Assembly (NCBI GenBank): GCA_963813715.1
Contig: CAWFAK010000009.1
Span: 64,001-128,000, forward strand
From: an uncultured Planctomycetaceae bacterium
Lineage (GTDB): Bacteria; Planctomycetota; Planctomycetia; Planctomycetales; Planctomycetaceae
Direction: 5' to 3'
DNA length: 64,000 nt
In this document: positions 37,614-49,934 of the stretch, in pieces
Numbering within the stretch: position 1 is the stretch's first letter
Layout of the letters: each line of letters begins with the position of its first letter
Translations under genes and position numbers: made by a program
The notes under the pieces: generated by a model
What the model saw: the letters and a program-made list of their open reading frames with translations, nothing else
Told to the model about the DNA's origin: nothing
Databases searched by the model: none

Positions 37614-38889
37614 TTAGCCGGCGATAAGATTCACCACGTCCGAATTCTCGTGAAACAGTTCGTCGTACGGATCGGTTACGCCCACCTGCCCCAGGCGGAT
37701 GACGGCGAGGCCGGGAGATTTTCCCGGCTCGATCGTTCCGAGCCGGTCAGCGAGCCCCAGCGCAATTGCGCCATGCAGCGTTCCCATCCGCAGCAATTGG
37801 GCCGCGTCGGCAGCGGGGAAAATTGCGTCGCAAAAACTGCAACTCGCCCCAAACGCTCAAGTCGGGATTGGAGCAGCGGCCGTCGGTGCCGATCGCAACG
37901 ACGGCCCCGCGCTCGGCCAGCTTTTGCCACGGATGATCGCGGTGTCCGAAGAAAGCGTGCGTCCGAGGGCAGTAGACGAGCGTGAAATTCGGCCGGACGG
38001 CCAGAAAATCCAGCTCGTCCTCGGCGAGATAGTTCCCGTGTGCGATGGCCACGCGCGGCAGCGGTGCGAGCCGGCGGAGAAAGTCGAGCGGCCGCGTGCC
38101 GCCCGGGTAGAGCGGTCCCTGCCAGATGCCGGCCGCCGTCAGCATCTCGACGAGGTCGCCCGTCCCCGCCGCCAGGCACTCGAGCTCGGCCCGCGTCTCG
38201 GCCAAGTGCATCGTCAGCGGAGCGCGGGCATTGAGCGCCAGCGAAATGGCCGAGTCGAGCAGCCGCGGATGCACGGTGTAGGGAGCGTGCGGGCTGAGGC
38301 CACGCACGACACCTTGTGAGCTCATCGTGGATGGATGATCGAGGAACTCGGCCGCCGTCCCCGTTTGCAGGGCGACCGTAGCCGGGTCGAGACCCAGCAG
38401 CTCGCGAAAGGCCACAACGTGGGTCGGACGCTGAGCCAAATCCTGATCGGGGTCGGCAGCCGAATACTGGTCCGGCTTGCCCCGCGTGTCGATATCGCCG
38501 ACGGCGATCGTGCCGCACGTGCGCGATTGGGACAGTCCCGCGCGAATGGCCCGCTCGGCGTCGCCCCGCTGCCGTCGATACGCGACCAGCGCCCGCAGCC
38601 AGGCGGCGAACGGCTGGGCCGGCTGCAGCGGCTCGGCCAGCTCACTGAATTCCAGGTGCGTGTGAGCATTCACCAGCCCCGGCACGAGCGCCACATCGCC
38701 CAGATCGTGCACTCCGGCAGGCGGCTCGCGGTGCACCGCGAGCACGCGACCCGACGCGTCGATTTCGACCGCGCCGCCGGCAAGCGGCGGGCCCGAGACG
38801 GGGAAAATCCAACGGGCACGGACCGAAAACGAGGCACCGGGCGGCGGCCGAAACGTTTGCGGATCCACGTTGCCACTTCCTCGCGGCAC
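37614..38889 (-). CDS. Metal-dependent amidohydrolase, nucleoside-deaminase-like (frameshift ~37800)
   Basis: PGLVNAHTHLE, SPHAPYTV, HLAET..E, HGNY, CPR.H and GTDG motifs. Confidence 0.85.
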
Positions 38890-38916
38890 GACTGGTTCGC
38901 CCCTTCGCCCTATCCG

Positions 38917-41404
38917 TTAGCCGTTGAGCGACTGCCCCGGCGCCACTGGCTCGGCCTTCCGCACCCTCAACTGCGACTGTTTGAGCGCGACAAGCTCCTC
39001 GGCGTCCGCGGCCAACGGTTGTTTGCGGCCGTCGCGGACCAGCCAGGTGATGAGCGTCACGGCCACGACGGCGGCCACGATCAGGCAGGTCGTCGTGTAG
39101 CCGATCCCCTCGCTGTCCTTCGCGACGAGCCACTTCAGCACGGGCAGTTCGACGACCGCGTCGCCGGCCCGCGATCGCACCGACTCCAGCGAGTTGTACA
39201 GAATGTGGAACACGACGCCCGGCCAAAGGCTGCCGCTCCGCAGCGCCAGCAGGCCGAGCACGAGCCCGATCAGCACGGCATTAAACACCTGCTGCGGGAT
39301 GATGTGGCTGATGCCGAAGGCGAGGGCCGAGAGCAGGATCGCCATGCCGGGGCGGGCCGAGCGGGCAAAACCGCTCAAGATAAAGCCGCGAAACGCCAGC
39401 TCTTCGCAGATGCCCGGCGCGACGGCCAGCGCCAGGATCACCAGCCAAAGCGGCAAAGTCGGATCGGCCAGGTTTTGCACCGCGTCGGTCACCGACTTGG
39501 CCAGCGGCGGGAAGAACCAGCCCTGCAGCCATCTTTGCAGCGCCACCGACAGCGGTCCGCACGCGAGCGGCAGCACGCAGGCGACAGCCAGGTAACGCCA
39601 GTTCGGCAGGCGCAGGCGAAACGTCCGCGCGAAGTTCGTCGTCAGCATGATGCCCATGAACAGGGCCGGCAGCCGACAAAGACGAGCTGCTGGGTGAGCA
39701 ACAATCTCAACGTCGAGCGGGGATCGATGTGGCCGCCGGTGACCACGAGGCCGCCGCTCAAAAACCGCGACGCGACGAATTGCAAGAGCAGCACCAGGAC
39801 GAAGCAGAACGTGGCCTCGGCGAAGCTGGGGGTCGATTCCTTGTCGCGGAGCAAATGCCGGATCCAGAGGCGCACGTCGAACCGCTCGGCCTCGCGAAAG
39901 AGGACGTCTTCGCGATTGAACATCTCGATGGCCCACCACAGCCCGGCCAGGCTGTAGGCGATGCTCGTCGCCAGCACGGGAATCCCATAGACGAGGGGCG
40001 CCGAACTGCCGGGCGACGCCAGCACTTCTTTGAGCAAGAGGGCCGGCCCGACCACGGGCAGAATGCTGTAAAGCGGCTCGATCTCGACCACGGGCGACAG
40101 GCAGAACATCGTGAGGCCCAGCGTCACCAGCAAGAGCGGCGTGAGGTAATACTGCCCCTCCTTGGTGCTGCGGGCAAAAGTCGCCAGGGCCAGGCTGATC
40201 GCGCTATAAAACGCCGAGAGCGGCAAGAGCAACAGGATCAGCCAAGTCAGCTCCCACGGTCCGGGGAACGACAGCGTGTCGGCCCCCATCCGTGAGAGCG
40301 CCTCGTTCCGCGCCATGCCGACGACGTATTTGCCCGTAATACCCATGCTCAGCAGGTTGAGCAGCACGGTCGAGATGCTGAAGGTGAGGACGGTGAAGAA
40401 CTTGCCCAGCACGATCTCGCTGCGTTGGGCGGGCGAGATCAGCAGGGTCTCCATCGTGCCGCGTTCTTTCTCGCCGGCCGCCAGGTCGACCGCCGGATAA
40501 AACGCCCCGGTCACCGCCATGATGATCAGGAGCGTGGGAAACATTTTGCTCCACAGGCTGGCCGACACCTGGCGGGCAATCGCCACGTCGAGCAGCTCGG
40601 GATCGACCGGCTTGGCCAGCCCGGCGGGCAGCTTGGCCTCGCTCAGGCGATCCTGCAGCAGCCGCTGCTCCCAGGCGGTCAGCACGAGCCGCACCCGCTG
40701 GTAGGCGAAGGCCGACTTTTCGTCCGCGCTATTTTGCACGACGAGCAGGCGAACTTTTTTGAGATCGCTGGGGTCGAGCGGCGCAGCCCTTGGCACGGGC
40801 GGCGAGCGCTTTGTTGGTTCGCTCGACCTCCTGCTTGAGCCCGGCGGGCGCGATGATCAGCACCTGGACCTTCGAGGCGCTGAACCGCTCGGCGAGCTCT
40901 TCCTTGAGCGATTGCACCCGCTCGACCAGTTTCTGTTCGTCGGCCGAGTTCGCGGTCGTGCCCCAGGCGATCGAGCTGCTTTTCCAACTCCTCGAGCTCT
41001 TGGGATTTGGTCGCGAGTTGCCTCGCTTCGTCGAGCACGACGGCGTTCGCTTCGACTTCCGGCTTGTCCGGCCCCGCCTTGTCCTGCCCCGAGGCGTCCG
41101 ACTCGCCGCGCGGCTTGCCGTCGTGAATCACGCGGAGCTTGTCGGCGTCGTCGGGCACCGCGAACCACTGCTGGTCGAAGTGGTGGTCGCTCAAGAGGGG
41201 CGGGTCGGCCGGCAGGTTGTCCGTGCCCAACAGCACGATCGTCCGCGGCTGCTCCCGGAACAAGAACGAGATCTCCACCATGCCGATTGCCAGGCCCGGA
41301 TAGAGCAGCATCGGCAGCACGACGATCATGAACAGCGTCCGCCGATCGCGGATCTGGTCGCGAACTTCGCGGAGAAAGACCAGGCGGACGTTCCTGCGGT
41401 TCAT
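38917..41404 (-). CDS. NatB-like ABC-2 permease fused to a CPBP/Abi intramembrane protease (several frameshifts)
   Basis: [24 protein letters not shown]-terminal [12 protein letters not shown] and HILYN motifs. Confidence 0.85.
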
Positions 41405-42163
41405 GGGGCGGCCGCCAGCCCTTCCTCGGCTTCGGAGATCAGGTCGAAGAACAACTCCTCGAAGTCCGACTTGCCGAAACGTGCGAGCAGCTCCTGCGGC
41501 GTGCCGGCCGCCAGGATCCGCCCCTTATGAATGATGGCGACGCGGTCGCAGAGCTTTTCGACCTCGCGCATGATGTGCGTCGAAAAGACGATGCACTTCC
41601 CCTGGTCGCGCAGCAAGTCGATCGTTTTGAGCACGGCCCGGGCCACCAGCACGTCGAGCCCGGTGGTCGGCTCGTCGAAGATCAGCACGGGCGGATTGTG
41701 GACGATCGTGCGGGCGATCGACACTTTCTGCTTCATGCCGGTCGACATCTTCGAGCCGAGCACGTCGCGGAATTCCTGCATCTGCAGCTTGGTGAAGACC
41801 TCGTCGAGCCGCTGCGAAAGGCGACGGCTCTTCCATGCCGTAGAGCCGGGCGAAGTATTCGACCAGCTCCCAGGCGGTCATGCGGTCGTAGATGCCCGTG
41901 TTGCCCGACATGAAGCCGATGCGGGCGCGGACTTCGGCCGCCTGGGTCAGCACGTCGTAGCCGGCGACGCGTGGCAATGCCGCTGGTCGGCTTGAGCACG
42001 GTGCTCGAGCACGCGGAGGCACGTGGTTTTGCCGGCGCCGTTGGGTCCCAGCAGTCCGAAGATCTCGCCGGGCTGCACGTCGAAGCGACACGTCCTCGAG
42101 CGCGACGACGCTGCCCCGGCGGAAGTCGGTAAAGCGTTTGGAAACGTGCTCGACGTGAATCAT
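41401..42163 (-). CDS. NatA-like ABC transporter ATP-binding protein (several frameshifts)
   Basis: [11 protein letters not shown] read across frames, [18 protein letters not shown] and STH. Confidence 0.85.
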
Positions 42164-42433
42164 CAGGGATCCGCCCGGGTGACGCGCTCGCTGCACGCCT
42201 CACTGAAGTTTACCGCGTCCCAGGGGGCGCGCAACAGCGGACTTCGCGCCCGGCGACTCGGGAATCCGACCGACACTCCGCCTGTGCAGGCGACGTAAAT
42301 TGCGCCCGAGGCTGCCGGTGCAGGAAAATCAACGGGGGGCACCGCTTTTGCCTGCGCGGATGGCCCCTGCGGGATGCTCGTTGAATAAAAAAAGCAACGT
42401 GCATTCTGCAGTTGTCAATCCAAATCACCGTGC

Positions 42434-42526
42434 GGGTGGCGGGGGCGCTCTGCGTTTCGCGGAAGCCCCCGACTCTTGGATCGCGCCGCATTCCGGGGCT
42501 TCCGCGGAGCGGAGCGCCGGCCACCC
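42434..42526. repeat. REPIN-like element, family 2
   Basis: GGGTGGC..GGCGCTC..CG...CGCGGAAGCCCC is inverted against CCGGGGCTTCCGCG..GCGGAGCGCCGGCCACCC; a single related arm lies at 52054-52088. Confidence 0.75.
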
Positions 42527-42547
42527 GGCCACTGAATAAACCGCGAC

Positions 42548-43685
<1,138 letters not shown>

Positions 43686-43714
<29 letters not shown>

Positions 43715-44508
43715 GCTCCACCCCCTGGGGAATGATTTCCAGCCGGGCCGCCAGCCGCGCGAATAGCCGCAATCCGCTCCGCTCGGCCGGCCCGATGCGA
43801 AAGTGCAAGTTCTTGGTGAGATAGTTGTATGCCGTCGGCTCGGTCAAGCCAAGCAGCGGAGCCTCCCGCTTGGCGATCGCCGCCGCCCGCTTCGACGCCC
43901 AAATCGCGAGCCCGGCCCAACGCCTCTTCGACGGCCGACAGCTCGGTCCCCGTGCGGGCTGCCCACACCGCGAACACAAAGGGCAGCCCGCTCCAGCGAA
44001 GCCATTCTTCGCCCAGATCCCACGTGGCGACGAAGTCTCCGGTCGGCTCGTGCATGGCCCGGTCGCCGATCATCAGCACCGCGTCGGCCCGCGTGGCGTC
44101 GGGCGATTGCTCGAACGGAAACGGCTCGATCCGCGGCGTCACGCCGTACCGCTCTCGCAGCATGATCCGCACCAAGGCCGCGCTCGTTCGCGAGCCGACG
44201 TCGAGCGCCAGCGTGCGGATCAGTCCGAACGGGACGCGGCTATACAGCTTGACGCTCATCACGGGACCGTGCGTGGCCACGCAGGCGTCGGAGATGACTT
44301 CGTAGTTGGGATGCCGCAGCACTTCGATCGAGGGGACGAGCGCAACGTCGAGCCGGCCCGCTTCCAGATCGTCGGCCAGACGGCTCGGATAGTCGAGCGT
44401 CAGCTCGGCTTCGGGAAGCAGCTCGGCAAGCCCCTCGATGAGCGGCTTGGAGTTCAGATAGTTGACCGCACCGATACGTACGGCCCCATCGATCGACGTA
44501 GTCATCAT
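43686..44508 (-). CDS. mqnA: Chorismate dehydratase (frameshift ~43890)
   Basis: IGAVNYLNSKPL, GPVMSV, SRTS..L, IGDRA and DLGEEW...SGLPFVFAVW. Confidence 0.9.
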
Positions 44509-44783
44509 GACGTCCTTTTCCATCCCGGGAGTGTTCGCCGACCGCAGCGCGGCAGTTCTCCCATAGAATGCGGAATCTGGCCGTCTCATTCAAGCGATTT
44601 GGGCCTCCCAGGGCCGTTTCCGCCCGATCGGCGCACGGGCCAGGCCGATTGACCCCTCCCCGACCCGTGCGCCACAATGGCCACCGCCGACCACTCCTGG
44701 CGAGCGGCCTACGCCAGTGAGAACCGCAAACGGTGGCGAGGTTTAACAGGCCTTTTCCCCGACTGAGCGACGAAATCCATCGA

Positions 44784-46088
44784 ATGATGACTCCTTTGCG
44801 TGTTGCCCTGCTGGGGCTGGGCAACGTCGGCGCCGGCGTTGCGAAACTGTTGCTCGAGCAACCGGAGCGCCTCGCTTTGCGGGCCGGCCGGCCGATCGAG
44901 CTGCGGCACGTGATCGTCCGCGATCTGAAAAAGCCGCGGCCCGTGCCGTTGCCGCCCGGCCTCGCCAGCGACGACTATCGCCGCGTGGTGAACGACCGCG
45001 AGGTCGACGTGGCAATCGAGCTGATCGGCGGCGTCACGCCGACGTTCGAGATCTTTCAGGAATTGCTCGACTCGGGGAAGGACGTGGTCACCGCGAACAA
45101 GGCCCTGTTGTGCGAGCGGGGCGACGCGCTCTTTGCGCTGGCCCGCAGCCTGGGGCGGACAATTGCTTTCGAAGGGGCCGTCGCGGGCGGCATTCCGATC
45201 ATCGCCTGCATCAACCAGTCGATGACGGCCAATCAGATCACGGGCATCGAGGCGATCCTCAACGGCACGAGCAATTTCATCCTCACCGAAATGCTGGCCC
45301 GCGATCGGCCTTATCCTCAAATCCTCAAAGAGGCCCAGCGGCTGGGTTACGCGGAGGCCAATCCAGCAATGGACGTCGATGGCACCGACGCCGCCCAGAA
45401 GCTCGGCCTGCTCGTGCAGTTGGCCTTCGGCACCAAGGTGCCACTGACCGCGTTCACGCGCGAAGGCATCGATACGCTCGAGCTGGCCGATCTCAAGTAT
45501 GCGGCGGAGCTGGGCTACACAGTGAAGCTGTTGGCGGTCGCCAAGCTGGTGGACGGGCAGCTTGAAATGCATGTGCAGCCGACGCTCGTCCATCGGGACC
45601 GGCCGTTGGCACAGTGCGGCGGCGCGTTCAACATGATCGCGCTCGACGGGGACGCCGTCGGCAAAACGGTGCTCTCAGGCGCGGGAGCGGGGCAAATGCC
45701 CGCGGCCTCGGCCGTCGTCGCCGACTTGATCGACATGGCCAGCGGCCGCGCGGCCCTCACGTTCCCGCGGATCGACGTTTGGAACGCCCGGCCGCCGCTC
45801 CCCGTGCAGCGCCCCGAGGACGTCGCCAACCGCTATTACCTGCGGTTCAACGTGCAAGACCGGCCGCACGTCTTCGCGGACATTGCCGACATCCTTGGCC
45901 GCAACGGCATCAGCCTGGCCTCGATCATTCAGCACGAGGCGCCCGAGGACGAATCGCGCGAGTCGATCGTGCCGCTGGTCGTGATGACGCACCGCACGAC
46001 CTACGGCCGACTGGTTGCGGCCGATCACGAACTCGACCAGCTCGACTCGCTCCTCCCGCCGCGAATCCGCATGCCGGTCGCCGACTAG
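44784..46088 (+). CDS. hom: Homoserine dehydrogenase with ACT domain
   Basis: GLGNVG, VVTANKA, E.AVAGGIP, NGTSN, GYAEANP..DVDG.D.AQK. Confidence 0.95.
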   Translation: MMTPLRVALLGLGNVGAGVAKLLLEQPERLALRAGRPIELRHVIVRDLKKPRPVPLPPGLASDDYRRVVNDREVDVAIELIGGVTPTFEIFQELLDSGKDVVTANKALLCERGDALFALARSLGRTIAFEGAVAGGIPIIACINQSMTANQITGIEAILNGTSNFILTEMLARDRPYPQILKEAQRLGYAEANPAMDVDGTDAAQKLGLLVQLAFGTKVPLTAFTREGIDTLELADLKYAAELGYTVKLLAVAKLVDGQLEMHVQPTLVHRDRPLAQCGGAFNMIALDGDAVGKTVLSGAGAGQMPAASAVVADLIDMASGRAALTFPRIDVWNARPPLPVQRPEDVANRYYLRFNVQDRPHVFADIADILGRNGISLASIIQHEAPEDESRESIVPLVVMTHRTTYGRLVAADHELDQLDSLLPPRIRMPVAD

Positions 46089-46404
46089 CGCGGGCTGGCG
46101 CGGTAAGAGATCGCTCGGGAGCAAATCGTCTTTCGCGTCAAACCGCAAACCGCGCCCGGCAAGTAGAAGGGAAAAGACGCCGAAAAATCCTCGGTCAACG
46201 CCGACCGCCAACGGCCACGGCGAGTCCGTCCTTGACTATTGCGGCTCGGCATGGTGGGATTTTGCCAGTGTCTCTCGTTGGGTCCAATGCGCGATGGCCA
46301 CGAGAGCCGCGACCGTGTCGACCAGGACAGAACTTGAGCACCAAGCAGAACTTGCCCTTACCGCACAGTTTGCCCCTCACCGCACAAACCAGAAGGAAAT
46401 TCGC

Positions 46405-47739
46405 ATGAAGTTGGCACCCTTCGCGATCGGCGCATGCCTGTTGTTGATCTTCGCGCACAGCGCCGCGCTGGCCGCCGATCCCCCCAAGGCGGACGACGCA
46501 ATTCGCAAGATGTGCGATTTCTACAAGCAGCAGAAATCATTCTCGGTAAAGGGGCAAACGAAGTTAGACATTCACGGGGGCGGGATCAACAACACCGCGA
46601 AATCGACGTTCACCGAGATTGTGGAGCGTCCCAACAAGATTGCGTTCAAGAGCGAAGATCGAGCCGGACTGACCGTCGTTTGCGATGGAGACGACCTCTA
46701 CGTCGCCGTGGCCGCCCTCAAGAAGTACATGCAGACCGACGCCCCCGATTCGCTCACGGAACTGGCCGAGAATCCACTGATGGGCGTGGGCGTACCTGGC
46801 ACCAGCAATTTCGCGATCGACTTCGCGACGACCGATCCTGCCCAGCTGATCCTGAAAGGCGTGACCGCCTCGAAGGATCTCGGAGTGGTCAAACTCAACG
46901 GCCAACCCGCCCGGCACCTGTCGTTCACTCGCGGCAAGATTGAGGGAGAGGCCTGGATCGCTGAAGGCCCGCAGCCCCTCTTGCTGCAGGTCGACTATGA
47001 TCTCTCCAAAATGGTCCGGCTGGGCACCAAAGAAGTGAAAATCGCCGTGACCCAGACGTTTAGCGACTGGAAGTTCGGGTTCAAGCCGTCGCCCAAGGAA
47101 TTCACCTTCACGCCGCCCAAGAACGCCAAGGAAGTGCACAACCTGCTCCGTCGCGGCGACGAAGAGGAAGAGCCTTCGGCGCTGTTGGGGAAGGCGGCCC
47201 CCAAGGTCGACCTCGAGCGGCTGGACGGCAAGCGCGTGAAGCTGGCCGACAATGCGGGCAAGGACGTGGTCATGCTCGATATGTGGGCTACGTGGTGCGG
47301 ACCGTGCCGCGCCGAGCTGCCCCACCTGATCAACGTCGCCAAGGACTACAAAGGCAAAGGCGTGGTGTTCTACGCCATCGATCTGCGCGAGAAGAAAGAA
47401 AAGATCAACGAGTTCTTGAAGAAAGAAAAGTTCGACATGACGATCGGACTCGATTCCGAGGGCAAGCTGGCCGAAGCCTGCGGCGTCGAGGGCATTCCCA
47501 TGCTGATGCTGATCGACAAGAAGGGCGTCGTCCAAGTCGTGCACATCGGCTACAACGACAAAGATTTTGAGAAGGAGCTCCACAAAGAGCTCGACAGCCT
47601 TCTGGCCGGCAAGGACCTGGCAAGCGCCACCATCTCCGAATTCGCAGCGAAGAAAAAGGTGGCGGAAGAAGCCCGGGCGAAGCGGAAGAAGGAGCACGAG
47701 AAAGCGAAGAAGGCGGCGTCCGAACAGACGGCTCGCTAA
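46405..47739 (+). CDS. Secreted DUF2092 (LolA-like) + TlpA/redoxin fusion
   Basis: Signal peptide, ERPNK...DG...Y and F.FTPP..A motifs; thioredoxin motif WATWCGPC. Confidence 0.85.
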   Translation: MKLAPFAIGACLLLIFAHSAALAADPPKADDAIRKMCDFYKQQKSFSVKGQTKLDIHGGGINNTAKSTFTEIVERPNKIAFKSEDRAGLTVVCDGDDLYVAVAALKKYMQTDAPDSLTELAENPLMGVGVPGTSNFAIDFATTDPAQLILKGVTASKDLGVVKLNGQPARHLSFTRGKIEGEAWIAEGPQPLLLQVDYDLSKMVRLGTKEVKIAVTQTFSDWKFGFKPSPKEFTFTPPKNAKEVHNLLRRGDEEEEPSALLGKAAPKVDLERLDGKRVKLADNAGKDVVMLDMWATWCGPCRAELPHLINVAKDYKGKGVVFYAIDLREKKEKINEFLKKEKFDMTIGLDSEGKLAEACGVEGIPMLMLIDKKGVVQVVHIGYNDKDFEKELHKELDSLLAGKDLASATISEFAAKKKVAEEARAKRKKEHEKAKKAASEQTAR

Positions 47740-47774
47740 CGATCTGCTCCTCGCGTCACACATCCGAACTCACA

Positions 47775-47818
47775 CGACCGGCCCAGTTCGCTTTATCGCG
47801 AATCGGGCCGGTCGCTTT
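47775..47818 (+). terminator. Probable terminator hairpin
   Basis: CGACCGGCCC...GGGCCGGTCG stem then CTTT, just after the 47739 stop. Confidence 0.55.
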
Positions 47819-47948
47819 GCGCGGGCCGGCAACTCGCCGGGAGAATTCCACGCCGGCACTCCGTGCGGCTTGACCCCGCTCAGCCGACTGCCCACAGTGG
47901 AGAACCCGCCCGAAAGATCCGCCGTCCCAGCCGCCGTCGAGGGTTCGC

Positions 47949-49282
47949 TTGAGCCAGGATTCGTCCGCGCTACCGCCTCTGTCGAGTCGTCCGAGCCCCA
48001 CCTACAAGTGGTGGGTTGTGGCGATGCTCTGGTTCATCTGCTTCTTCAACTATGCCGACCGGATGGCGATCAACGCGGTCGCCAAGGTGCTGCAACAGGA
48101 CTACCACTTCACGGACGAGGATCTGGGCTGGATCATCTCGGCGTTCATGTTTGTCTACGCCTTGAGCGCGCCTTTTGCCGGACAGGTCGGCGATCGCTAT
48201 CGCCGCAAGTCGCTGATCCTGGGCGGACTGGCGGTTTGGAGCGTGGTGACCGGGGCGACCGGTTTCTGTCGCCGCTGGATCGAGTTCGTGATTGTGCGGG
48301 CGACCGAGGGTCTGGGCGAAACCTTCTACTTCCCCGCGACGATGTCGCTCATCAGCGATTACCACTCGTTGCGAACTCGCTCGCGAGCGATGGGTTTGCA
48401 CCAGACGAGCGTCTACGCGGGGACGATCGGCGGCACGGCGCTCGCCGGATACCTGGCGAGTCAGTATGGCTGGCAGGCGCCGTTCAAGCTGTTTGGGATT
48501 GGCGGCATCGTGCTGGCGATCGTGCTGGCGATCTTCTTGCGGGAACCGGCTCGCAACGAAGCGGAGCGAATCGAAGCCCAAACTCTCGACCACGTCCCCA
48601 ATCCGCCGGCCATTCCGCTGATGCAATTCCTGCGAGAGCTCCTCGAAACGCCGAGCGCCGTGATCCTGATCGTCGCCTTCTTCGGAGCCAATTCGGTCGC
48701 GTTCGTGTTTTTGAGCTGGATGCCGAAGTATCTGGGCGACCAGTTCCACATGGACCTGGGGATGGCGGGCTTCAGCGCCACCTTTTATCTGCGGATCGCC
48801 AGCATCGTCGGATCGATTTTCGGAGGATGGCTGGCCGACCGTTGGCGAATGCACCTGCCGGGCGGCCGGATCTTGAGCCAGGCCTTCGGCGCGCGCTCGT
48901 GGGCATTCCCTTAATTTATTTGTGCGGCAGGCAGGTCGAAGCGACGCCGCTGCTCGTCTATCTGACTCTCTTCGGGCTGGCCGAGGGGATCTATGACGCG
49001 AATATTTGGGCCTCGATGTACGACGTGATTCATCCGTCGCGACGGGGCACCATGCTCGGCCTGGCGAACATGATTGGCTGGCTGGGCGCGGGCGTGGCCA
49101 CGGTCGGCACCGGAATGGCGATGACGCGTTTGCACATGACCTACGGCCAGGTGCTGTCGGTGACCGCCATCATCTACGCCGCCGTCGCGATGCTCTTGAT
49201 CGTCGCCGGCGTCGTGTTCGCCCCGCGCGACATCCGCCGCGCCCAGGCAGACACCGCGCTCGCGGATGGTGTCGCCTCGTAA
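47949..49282 (+). CDS. MFS transporter (frameshift ~48895)
   Basis: FNYADR, motif A G.VGDRY.RK, R..EGLGE and GGWLADR; about 12 TM. Confidence 0.9.
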
Positions 49283-49283
49283 G

Positions 49284-49374
49284 CGAAGCGGGTGGCACTG
49301 GGGGAGTTGCACTTAGGGCCACCCATTCCGGCCCGAAGGGGTTCAGAACCGACGGCTCGCCGTCGGTTCCGCCA
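49284..49374. repeat. Cluster of REP-like hairpins
   Basis: GGGTGGC...GCCACCC at 49290-49324 and GAACCGACGG-CTCG-CCGTCGGTTC at 49346-49369. Confidence 0.6.
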
Positions 49375-49500
49375 TTCGTGTCGCGGCGGTCGCAGAAAGA
49401 AGCCAAGGATTCCCGCATTTTAGCAGGTCTGGGGAGATGGGCGCAATAGCACTTTTGGGTCTTGTTTCTACGCCCCAGAATCCGCCGCTAGAATGACGGC

Positions 49501-49689
49501 ATGGAGTTTCTTTCCTTGGCCATTTATGTGGCCACCATAGGAGTCGTCGCAGGGGCAATTTCCTGGGTGCTCCGCCGCTTCGGGAAAACGCCGTCCTTTA
49601 TTCTCTGTTGCGCTATTGCCGTGTGTCTGGTGGCCCTGCTGGCTACGTTTATCGCTACCTACCCGTGGCGAGGGACTCCCCCGCCTTAA
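49501..49689 (+). CDS. 62-aa two-TM membrane peptide
   Basis: Two hydrophobic helices separated by RRFGK; lower GC than flanking genes. Confidence 0.5.
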   Translation: MEFLSLAIYVATIGVVAGAISWVLRRFGKTPSFILCCAIAVCLVALLATFIATYPWRGTPPP

Positions 49690-49934
49690 CCTAGTGCCAC
49701 CCCTTCGGGGTTCGGAACTCCGCCCGCCCGCCTGCTGCTCCAACCACACATGGGATGCCGCGCTGACCAATCACACCTGCGGGCCAAACCGCATCTGGCC
49801 GCTTATCCCCACTGCCGCACGATTTCCCAACTTGTTTACACGCTCATAGAAACACGACCTTGTTCCGTTTCCAGAATCCGCAAAATGGAGATAGGAGCTT
49901 TTTTTCCGTGCTGTTCACAAGTTGAGAGTGTTGT

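Noticed and set aside
49681..49690. GCCTTAAC at an ORF stop as an integron attC core
   Set aside because: It does not fit RYYYAAC, has no matching GTTRRRY arm, and there is no integrase or cassette array
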